A stretch of 18,766 bases of DNA, from UHGV virus genome UHGV-0147920; one strand, 5' to 3'. The position numbers and the translations under genes were made by a program. The notes under the pieces are model-generated. The model made no database searches. It had not been told where the DNA came from and saw nothing but the letters and a program-made list of their open reading frames with translations. Below, piece after piece: positions 7,621 through 14,619 of the stretch. The first letter of the stretch is position 1. Each line of letters begins with the position of its first letter. Source of the stretch: a virus.

Positions 7621-9939
7621 ATGAGCACAAAATTCAAAACCGTTATCACCACTGCCGGTGTAGCAAAGCTGGCAGCGGCAACCGCACCGGGAGGGCGGAA
7701 GGTCAACATTACCACGATGGCCGTCGGGGATGGCGGTGGTAAATTGCCTGTCCCGGATGCCGGACAGACCGGGCTTATCCATGAAGTCTGGCGACATACG
7801 CTGAACAAAATCAGCCAGGACAAACGAAACAGTAATTATATTATCGCAGAGCTGGTTATTCCGCCGGAGGTGGGCGGTTTCTGGATGCGTGAGCTTGGCC
7901 TGTACGATGATGCGGGAACGTTAATTGCCGTGGCGAACATGGCCGAAAGTTATAAGCCAGCTCTTGCCGAAGGCTCAGGGCGTTCGCAGACCTGTCGCAT
8001 GGTCATCATCGTCAGCAGTGTGGCCTCGGTGGAGCTGACCATTGACACCACAACGGTGATGGCGACACAGGATTACGTTGATGACAAAATTGCAGAGCAC
8101 GAACAGTCACGACGTCACCCGGACGCCTCGCTGACCGCAAAAGGTTTTACTCAGTTAAGCAGTGCGACCAACAGCACGTCTGAAACACTGGCCGCAACGC
8201 CGAAAGCGGTAAAGGCCGCCTATGACCTTGCTAACGGGAAATATACCGCACAGGACGCTACCACAGCGCGAAAAGGTCTTGTCCAGCTCAGTAGTGCCAC
8301 CAACAGCACGTCTGAAACGCTTGCGGCAACGCCAAAGGCGGTTAAGACAGCGTATGACCTTGCTAACGGGAAATACACTGCACAGGACGCCACTACAGCG
8401 CGAAAAGGTCTTGTCCAGCTCAGTAGCGCCACCAACAGCGATTCTGAAACGCTTGCGGCAACACCAAAGGCGGTTAAGACAGCGTATGACCTTGCTAACG
8501 GGAAATACACTGCACAGGATGCCACCACGGCGCGAAAAGGTCTTGTCCAGCTCAGTAGCGCCACCAACAGTGATTCTGAAACCCTCGCGGCAACGCCAAA
8601 AGCAGTGAAGTCTGCCTATGACAATGCTGAAAAACGTCTTCAGAAAGATCAGAACGGTGCGGATATTCCGGGAAAGGATACCTTCACGAAAAATATCGGT
8701 GCCTGTCGTGCTTATAGCGGCGCTTTGAGCACTGAAGCCGGAAACTGGACAACCGCTCAGTTTATTGAATGGCTGGATTCCCGTGGTGCATTTAATCATC
8801 CGTACTGGATGTGCAAAGGCTCATGGTCATATGCAAATAACAAAATCATTACGGATACCGGATGTGGTGATATCCACCTGGCTGGTTGTGTCGTCGAGGT
8901 CATGGGAACTAAATCTGCAATCACTATCCGAGTGACCACGCCGACAACATCAAGTGGTGGCGGTACAACCAGCGCGCAATTCACTTACATTAATCATGGG
9001 GACGGCTACTCCCCCGGCTGGCGTCGTGACTGGAATCGTCAGGGCGACTCAATGACCGGAACGATTAATCAGGATGGCGGAAGCCAGAATGCCTATATGT
9101 CTACGGCCTTATGTTCAGGCACCAGAGGCGGCAAAAAATATCTCAGAAAGTTTCGTGGTGGAGAAGGAGACACTATCTGGCATGAAACAGTACAGGGCGG
9201 GGTAATTCGCTGGGCGACAGGAAACTATGACGCTCAGGAAGAATTATCACTCAGCTCCGCTTATGGTCTCCGTTCAAGAGGTGAGATTACATCACTCAGT
9301 GCTAATGGTCTGCGCATTGCTTATGGCAATTATGGATTCTTTATCAGGAATGATGGCGGCAGCACATATTTAATGCTGACGGCCTCTGGCGATAAATTTG
9401 GGACATGGAACGGTTTAAGACCGCTGACTATCAATAACGCCAATGGCGGAGTGTCAATGGGGCATGGCCTGAGTGTTACAGGTGATATTGTCTCAAGTAC
9501 CAAAGTACGTGCCGGTAGCGGGAAAAAGTTCACGGTCAGCAGCAGCAATACATCCACGAAGGAAGCCGCATTCAATTTGTGGGGAAACTCAAGTCGTCCT
9601 GTGGTGGCTGAATTAGGTGATGATGCAGGCTGGCATTTTTACAGTCAGAGAAATACAGATAACAGCATCACTTTTGCTGTTAACGGGCAGGTATCACCAT
9701 CTAACTATAGTAATTTTGATTCACGCTATGTCCGGGATATCCGGCTTGGTGGTGCTGCCACATACAAACCTGCGAACAATGGCATGACATGGACACATCA
9801 GGCACCGTCCGGGTGTGTATATTCCGGCATTATTGTTCAGGATACCGGCTCAAACTCTGCCGATAACATTGGTGGCATATATTACAGACCGGTGCAGAAA
9901 TACATTAACGGGACATGGTATAACGTAGCGCAGGTATAA
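7621..9939 (+). CDS. H: tail fibre protein H (P2 gpH-like, with expanded internal repeats and a divergent distal domain)
   Basis: 772 aa. The N-terminal ~170 aa (MSTKFKTVITTAGVAKLAAATAPGG...) matches the virion-attachment part of P2 H as I recall it. It is followed by 44-aa tandem repeats and a lower-GC distal domain ending ...YINGTWYNVAQV. Confidence 0.9.
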   Translation: MSTKFKTVITTAGVAKLAAATAPGGRKVNITTMAVGDGGGKLPVPDAGQTGLIHEVWRHTLNKISQDKRNSNYIIAELVIPPEVGGFWMRELGLYDDAGTLIAVANMAESYKPALAEGSGRSQTCRMVIIVSSVASVELTIDTTTVMATQDYVDDKIAEHEQSRRHPDASLTAKGFTQLSSATNSTSETLAATPKAVKAAYDLANGKYTAQDATTARKGLVQLSSATNSTSETLAATPKAVKTAYDLANGKYTAQDATTARKGLVQLSSATNSDSETLAATPKAVKTAYDLANGKYTAQDATTARKGLVQLSSATNSDSETLAATPKAVKSAYDNAEKRLQKDQNGADIPGKDTFTKNIGACRAYSGALSTEAGNWTTAQFIEWLDSRGAFNHPYWMCKGSWSYANNKIITDTGCGDIHLAGCVVEVMGTKSAITIRVTTPTTSSGGGTTSAQFTYINHGDGYSPGWRRDWNRQGDSMTGTINQDGGSQNAYMSTALCSGTRGGKKYLRKFRGGEGDTIWHETVQGGVIRWATGNYDAQEELSLSSAYGLRSRGEITSLSANGLRIAYGNYGFFIRNDGGSTYLMLTASGDKFGTWNGLRPLTINNANGGVSMGHGLSVTGDIVSSTKVRAGSGKKFTVSSSNTSTKEAAFNLWGNSSRPVVAELGDDAGWHFYSQRNTDNSITFAVNGQVSPSNYSNFDSRYVRDIRLGGAATYKPANNGMTWTHQAPSGCVYSGIIVQDTGSNSADNIGGIYYRPVQKYINGTWYNVAQV
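8143..8625 (+). repeat. 132-bp in-frame tandem repeat array (about 3.6 copies) inside tail fibre gene H
   Basis: Copies start at 8143, 8275, 8407 and 8539 (exact 132-nt period). Each encodes G(F/L)(T/V)QLSSATNS(T/D)SETLAATPKAVK(A/T)AYDLANGKYTAQDATTARK. Copies 2 and 3 differ at only a handful of positions. Confidence 0.9.
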
Positions 9940-9942
9940 TTT

Positions 9943-10470
9943 ATGCAGCATTTGATAAATATAACGGCGGGTAATCCAAAAACAGTTGAACAATATCAAT
10001 TGACAAAGGACTTTGATGTTGTCTGGTTTTTTACAGAAGATGGTAAGAACTGGTACGAAGAACAAAAGTATTTTGCTGATGACACGATAAAAATAGCGTA
10101 CGACAAAGATAATATCATCCGCTATGTGGAAAAGGATGTGACAGCTATCAGACCGGATGGATTAAGTGTTGTTGAAGTGCCGGATATTACTGCTAACCGA
10201 CGGGCGGACATTTCAGGGAACTGGATGTTTAAGGACGGTACAGTGATTAAACGAATTTATACGGCAGAGGAATTGCAGCAGCAGGCAGAAAATCGGAAAG
10301 CCAGACTTCTTGCAGATGCTGAATCCGTGATTTTGCCGCTGGAGCGCGCTGTCAGGCTGAATATGGCAACAGATGAGGAGCGCAGTCGACTGGAGGCATG
10401 GGAACGCTACAGTGTTCTGGTCAGTCGTGTGGATCCTGCAAATCCTGAATGGCCGGAAATGCCGCAATAA
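9943..10470 (+). CDS. G: tail fibre assembly chaperone G (Tfa family)
   Basis: 175 aa immediately after H. The N-terminal two-thirds are low-GC and the C-terminal ~60 aa are high-GC, the usual Tfa mosaic pattern. Confidence 0.85.
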   Translation: MQHLINITAGNPKTVEQYQLTKDFDVVWFFTEDGKNWYEEQKYFADDTIKIAYDKDNIIRYVEKDVTAIRPDGLSVVEVPDITANRRADISGNWMFKDGTVIKRIYTAEELQQQAENRKARLLADAESVILPLERAVRLNMATDEERSRLEAWERYSVLVSRVDPANPEWPEMPQ

Positions 10471-10552
10471 GTTGTATGAGCTCTGGTGTGAGCTTACATA
10501 TCTATGGCACAGAGTAAAGCCTAATCTGAGAGTCCGCTCTGTGCCAGAAGTA

Positions 10553-10580
10553 GACGCACAAGGTGGGCGTGTCTTTTTCT
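10553..10580 (+). terminator. possible intrinsic terminator closing the V-W-J-I-H-G transcription unit
   Basis: Imperfect GC-rich stem (GACGCAC ... GCGTGTC with one wobble and one mismatch) followed by TCTTTTTCT at 10572-10580, about 85 nt after the G stop. The stem is weak. Confidence 0.3.
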
Positions 10581-10584
10581 TAAG

Positions 10585-12003
10585 CTACATCGGGCTCTTA
10601 TATGGGGAATGAGAGTTTTTGAAACGCGGTTCTTCATGCTTCGGACTGTAAGTTCTTGCATGATTATCTATCACAACTTTACTTCCAAGAATATCTCGAG
10701 CTTCTCCTAACGACCACACAGTAGAAAGATCATTAGTCAAATTTCGATAGAGAGCACGAAACCCCTTGGGTTTTTTAAGATCATATAAGAAATCAGGAAC
10801 TTTAACTTTAAAATTAAAGGTCGGTAGTTTCGGAAGGGAATTAATAGCCGCAACAGTATTGTATACATGTACAAGCTTAGTTACAGGTACACCTTGTCTA
10901 GTCTTGAGCCCATACTTAGTTCGAATATAATCTGATTCTTTCGATACTTCAGTAAGCAATGCTCTTACTGACTTATTAGCTTGAGGCAATTCATTTTCAT
11001 CAAACAAGCGCTTTATTTCTCGCATTTTCTCACGGGCCCTTACAAATTCGTTGTTGTCCCTTATGTTATAAGCAGCTTCAACAATACAACTTGGATCACC
11101 AGTTTCTTTTGCGAGCCATGCCGAAAATAAAGGAAGCGAAGTTGCTGTTGCTACAGCTTTACCACCAGAATGAATATCAATGAGATCATGACTTAACGAA
11201 GTGGAAAAGTTTTCTACAATATGTTTAGCATAGTCAAAACCATACTGACAGTTTTGGCTTAAATATGTCTGTTGATACGCCTGACGTAATGGATATAAAA
11301 AAGTATCTGCTTGAAGGTACTTAGCTGTGAGAGAATAAAATACTGCCCGATTAGCCAGCCATACAAGCGAAGCCACGAATGCTTTGATTGCATCTGATGC
11401 TTCACCAGCAGATGTGCCATCCCCCCATTTTGCTCCGGGAACTTTGTACCCCTTGCGAATAGGGTTGCCAAATCGATCGAGGAGTTCAACATCGCCATTT
11501 GTTCTATTACCAGACTCAGCAGCATCACGCAGTTCTGAAAAAATGGCAGCAGCAATGTTACCATATTTTTCAAACTCCTTACCTCCATCAGATAAGTTCT
11601 TCAGTGTTAGATGATAAACACTTGAACTAATGTCCCATGTACATATGATATGTGTCTGAAGAAGTTCAATTAGTTTTTTAAAATCGTCATTAACAAATGT
11701 TCCACCACGAATTTTAGGTTTCAATGCATCAGATATTTTTTTTGCTTCACTTTCAATTTCATCCAACCCATATTGTGCTTTATCAAGAAATAATATCTCT
11801 CTGAAACTTGAAATCCTACTCTCACGGTACTCTGGAATATAATCATCAACCGCGATAACGCGATCATAGAACAAAATAGACTGTATATAGTTCTCAAATG
11901 CTATTATGTCTGTATCTACTGAGTCCTTCGATCTTGTTTTTACTTTCCCCTCGATTCTTTGGACTGCAGTTAGAGTTGAATTATCAATCAGTGCGTATGT
12001 CAT
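10585..12003 (-). CDS. hypothetical low-GC cargo protein at the G-FI (Z/fun) junction; candidate single-gene anti-phage/exclusion function
   Basis: Uninterrupted 472-aa ORF on the minus strand (ATG at rc 12001-12003, stop at rc 10585-10587) with AAGGAA about 6 nt upstream. About 32-37% G+C in sampled lines versus about 58% backbone. No TM segments, no clear Walker A and no R-x(4-6)-H motif. Flanked by 115-bp and 410-bp non-coding spacers. Confidence 0.8.
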   Translation of the reverse strand: MTYALIDNSTLTAVQRIEGKVKTRSKDSVDTDIIAFENYIQSILFYDRVIAVDDYIPEYRESRISSFREILFLDKAQYGLDEIESEAKKISDALKPKIRGGTFVNDDFKKLIELLQTHIICTWDISSSVYHLTLKNLSDGGKEFEKYGNIAAAIFSELRDAAESGNRTNGDVELLDRFGNPIRKGYKVPGAKWGDGTSAGEASDAIKAFVASLVWLANRAVFYSLTAKYLQADTFLYPLRQAYQQTYLSQNCQYGFDYAKHIVENFSTSLSHDLIDIHSGGKAVATATSLPLFSAWLAKETGDPSCIVEAAYNIRDNNEFVRAREKMREIKRLFDENELPQANKSVRALLTEVSKESDYIRTKYGLKTRQGVPVTKLVHVYNTVAAINSLPKLPTFNFKVKVPDFLYDLKKPKGFRALYRNLTNDLSTVWSLGEARDILGSKVVIDNHARTYSPKHEEPRFKNSHSPYKSPM

Positions 12004-12031
12004 TTACATTCCTTAAATAAAAAACATTAAT

Positions 12032-12074
12032 GGTTGCTCCAAAAATACTAGCAACCTTATTTCAGTGAAGTCAA
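12032..12074 (-). promoter_or_regulatory. candidate sigma70-type promoter with overlapping palindromic operator-like element for the 472-aa cargo gene
   Basis: On the minus strand: TTGACT (rc of 12069-12074), 18-nt spacer, TAGTAT (rc of 12045-12050). A 7-bp inverted repeat GGTTGCT (12032-12038) / AGCAACC (12050-12056), spaced 11 nt, overlaps the -10 and the predicted transcript start. Confidence 0.3.
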
Positions 12075-12289
12075 TTTTTTAACATTAATCATTTACACAC
12101 GCTTGAAAAGTGATCGCTGAAAATGGCATTCACTACATTATCAAAGTTCCCATCGAAGATAATCGAAATTTTTCCCGGTAGCAGATATCGTGAGATTTAA
12201 CGCTTTTCGCTCATAGCAGGCTGTCAGATTTGATAGCGTTTGGGCTATGTAAACTGTCAGTCGGAAAATGAGTGTGTACAAATCAGGAC

Positions 12290-12318
12290 ATGCGGGCGAA
12301 TTGCCCGCATTTTCTTTA
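12290..12318 (+). terminator. rho-independent terminator-like hairpin (+ strand) at the right boundary of the cargo island
   Basis: 8-bp GC-rich stem ATGCGGGC (12290-12297) / GCCCGCAT (12303-12310) with a 5-nt loop GAATT, followed directly by TTTCTTTAT (12311-12319). No + strand gene lies upstream of it. Confidence 0.55.
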
Positions 12319-12320
12319 TC

Positions 12321-12340
12321 TGTTGTTTCATCCACTGACC
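12321..12340 (+). promoter_or_regulatory. candidate late-promoter activator (Ogr-type) dyad upstream of FI
   Basis: TGTTGT-N11-ACC (TGT 12324-12326, ACC 12338-12340), centred about 82 bp upstream of the FI ATG and just downstream of the terminator hairpin. Same architecture as the element upstream of V; one mismatch to the TGT...ACA half-sites. Confidence 0.3.
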
Positions 12341-12413
12341 AGCCAGGTCAAATAGCGTCTCATGCACTGCCCAACAGAAAATAGTTGCACCCATTAACCA
12401 CGGAGTTAAACGG

Positions 12414-13604
12414 ATGAGTGACTATCATCATGGCGTGCAGGTGCTGGAGATTAACGACGGCACCCGCGTCATTTCCACCGTATCCACTGCCATTGTCGGC
12501 ATGGTCTGTACGGCCAGCGATGCGGATGCGGAATCCTTCCCCCTCAATAAACCGGTGCTGATTACCAATGTGCAGAGTGCAATTGCAAAGGCCGGTAAAA
12601 AAGGCACGCTGGCGGCATCGTTGCAGGCCATCGCCGACCAGTCAAAACCGGTCACCGTTGTTGTGCGCGTGGAGGACGGCACCGGCGACGACGAAGAAAC
12701 GAAACTTGCGCAGACCGTTTCCAATATCATCGGCACCACCGACGAAAACGGTCAGTACACCGGACTGAAAGCCCTGCTGGCGGCGGAGTCGGTAACCGGT
12801 GTTAAACCGCGTATTCTCGGTGTGCCGGGACTGGATACCAAAGAGGTGGCTGTTGCACTGGCATCCGTCTGTCAGAAGCTGCGCGCTTTCGGATATATCA
12901 GCGCATGGGGCTGTAAGACCATTTCCGAGGTGAAAGCCTACCGCCAGAATTTCAGCCAGCGTGAGCTGATGGTCATCTGGCCGGATTTCCTCGCATGGGA
13001 TACGGTCACCAGTACCACCGCCACCGCGTATGCCACCGCCCGTGCGCTGGGTCTGCGCGCTAAAATCGACCAGGAGCAGGGCTGGCATAAAACGCTGTCC
13101 AACGTCGGGGTAAACGGTGTTACCGGCATCAGCGCATCTGTATTCTGGGATTTGCAGGAGTCCGGCACCGATGCTGACCTGCTTAACGAGTCAGGCGTCA
13201 CTACGCTGATTCGCCGCGACGGTTTCCGATTCTGGGGTAACCGTACCTGCTCTGATGACCCGCTGTTCCTCTTTGAAAACTACACCCGCACCGCGCAGGT
13301 GATGGCCGACACGATGGCTGAGGCGCACATGTGGGCGGTGGACAAGCCCATCACCGCAACGCTGATTCGCGACATCGTTGACGGCATCAATGCCAAATTC
13401 CGTGAGCTGAAAACAAACGGCTATATCGTGGATGCGACCTGCTGGTTCAGCGAAGAATCCAACGATGCGGAAACCCTCAAGGCCGGAAAACTGTATATCG
13501 ACTACGACTATACACCGGTGCCTCCTCTTGAAAACCTGACCCTGCGCCAGCGTATTACCGATAAATACCTGGCAAATCTGGTCACCTTGGTTAACAGCAA
13601 TTAA
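12414..13604 (+). CDS. FI: contractile tail sheath protein FI (P2 gpFI-like)
   Basis: 396 aa with GGAG at 12402-12405; length and position match P2 FI. Confidence 0.9.
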   Translation: MSDYHHGVQVLEINDGTRVISTVSTAIVGMVCTASDADAESFPLNKPVLITNVQSAIAKAGKKGTLAASLQAIADQSKPVTVVVRVEDGTGDDEETKLAQTVSNIIGTTDENGQYTGLKALLAAESVTGVKPRILGVPGLDTKEVAVALASVCQKLRAFGYISAWGCKTISEVKAYRQNFSQRELMVIWPDFLAWDTVTSTTATAYATARALGLRAKIDQEQGWHKTLSNVGVNGVTGISASVFWDLQESGTDADLLNESGVTTLIRRDGFRFWGNRTCSDDPLFLFENYTRTAQVMADTMAEAHMWAVDKPITATLIRDIVDGINAKFRELKTNGYIVDATCWFSEESNDAETLKAGKLYIDYDYTPVPPLENLTLRQRITDKYLANLVTLVNSN

Positions 13605-13616
13605 GGAGCCTGACCG

Positions 13617-14135
13617 ATGGCAATGCCGCGCAAACTCAAGTTAATGAACGTCTTTCTGAACGGCTACAGCTATCAGGGCGTCGCGAAGTCCGTCACGCTA
13701 CCAAAACTGACCCGTAAGCTCGAAAACTATCGCGGTGCGGGGATGAACGGCAGCGCACCGGTAGACCTCGGCCTTGATGACGATGCGCTGTCAATGGAGT
13801 GGTCGCTCGGGGGCTTCCCGGATTCGGTTATCTGGGAGCTTTACGCCGCAACCGGTGTGGATGCCGTGCCGATTCGTTTTGCAGGCTCTTACCAGCGCGA
13901 CGATACCGGCGAAACGGTGGCCGTTGAAGTGGTCATGCGTGGACGTCAGAAAGAAATCGACACCGGCGAGGGGAAACAGGGAGAAGACACCGAGTCGAAA
14001 ATCTCCGTGGTCTGCACCTATTTCCGGCTGACGATGGACGGTAAGGAGCTGGTCGAAATCGACACCATCAACATGATTGAGAAGGTGAACGGCGTCGACC
14101 GGCTGGAGCAACACCGCCGCAATATCGGCCTGTGA
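13617..14135 (+). CDS. FII: tail tube protein FII (P2 gpFII-like)
   Basis: 172 aa with AAGGAG at 13603-13608; follows the sheath gene as in all P2-like tails. Confidence 0.9.
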   Translation: MAMPRKLKLMNVFLNGYSYQGVAKSVTLPKLTRKLENYRGAGMNGSAPVDLGLDDDALSMEWSLGGFPDSVIWELYAATGVDAVPIRFAGSYQRDDTGETVAVEVVMRGRQKEIDTGEGKQGEDTESKISVVCTYFRLTMDGKELVEIDTINMIEKVNGVDRLEQHRRNIGL

Positions 14136-14191
14136 TTCTCATCCGGTCAGCCTGGCTGACCGGTTAACCCCGATTCAGAAGTGAGAAAACC

Positions 14192-14467
14192 ATGAACAAA
14201 GAAAACGTCATTACCCTGGACAATCCGGTCAAACGTGGTGAGCAGGTTATCGAACAGGTCACGCTGATGAAACCTAACGCCGGGACGCTGCGCGGTGTCA
14301 GTCTGGCTGCGGTCGCGAACTCCGAAGTCGATGCACTGATTAAAGTGCTGCCGCGCATGACGGCACCGATGCTGACCGAACAGGAAGTTGCCGCGCTGGA
14401 ACTGCCTGACCTTGTGGCGCTGGCCGGTAAGGTGGTCGGTTTTTTGTCGCCGAACTCGGTGCAGTGA
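14192..14467 (+). CDS. E: tail assembly chaperone E (P2 gpE-like)
   Basis: 91 aa; ends shortly after a T-TTT-TTG slippery heptamer; position between tube and tape-measure genes. Confidence 0.85.
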   Translation: MNKENVITLDNPVKRGEQVIEQVTLMKPNAGTLRGVSLAAVANSEVDALIKVLPRMTAPMLTEQEVAALELPDLVALAGKVVGFLSPNSVQ

Positions 14468-14619
14468 CGTTTCCGAAAAATCTCTCGGTCGATGACCTGA
14501 TGGCGGATGTGGCAGTTGTATTTCACTGGCCGCCATCAGAACTGTATCCCATGAGCCTGACCGAACTCATCACATGGCGCGAAAAGGCGCTCAGGCGAAG
14601 CGGAAACACGAATGAGTAA
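14192..14619 (+). CDS. E': tail assembly chaperone E+E' (product of -1 programmed ribosomal frameshift)
   Basis: After the slippery site TTTTTTG (14440-14446) the -1 frame stays open for 57 codons (VAELGAVTFPKNLSVDDLMADVAVVFHWPP...RRSGNTNE) to TAA 14617-14619, overlapping the T start. The predicted fusion is about 142 aa, as in P2. Confidence 0.75.
14440..14446 (+). other. -1 programmed ribosomal frameshift slippery heptamer (T_TTT_TTG)
   Basis: X_XXY_YYZ-type heptamer in the E zero frame (codons GGT-TTT-TTG at 14438-14446). The -1 frame downstream is open to 14619, whereas the zero frame stops at 14467. Confidence 0.7.

Noticed and set aside
8143-8625. Possible CRISPR array suggested by the regular repeats
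   Set aside because: The period is 132 bp with no unique spacers, the units are in-frame coding sequence of the tail fibre, and no cas genes or leader are present.
8155-8799. Long antisense and alternative-frame ORFs within H (8155-8799 minus, 8220-8567 minus, 8222-8608 plus) with internally repetitive translations
   Set aside because: They coincide exactly with the 132-bp tandem repeat array, so the open frames are a by-product of repeat periodicity. They have no start context, and H is clearly the real gene.
10585-12003. NTPase, HEPN or other nuclease identity for the 472-aa cargo protein
   Set aside because: I looked for GxxxxGK[ST] (the closest, HSGGKAVATATS, does not fit) and for R-x(4-6)-H and found neither. 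No assignment is possible from inspection, so it stays a hypothetical protein.
12141-12335. 64-aa minus-strand ORF inside the G-FI non-coding spacer
   Set aside because: No Shine-Dalgarno upstream, it runs through the terminator hairpin, and I could not tie it to anything. I treated the spacer as regulatory or possibly small-RNA-bearing instead; low-level coding is not excluded.
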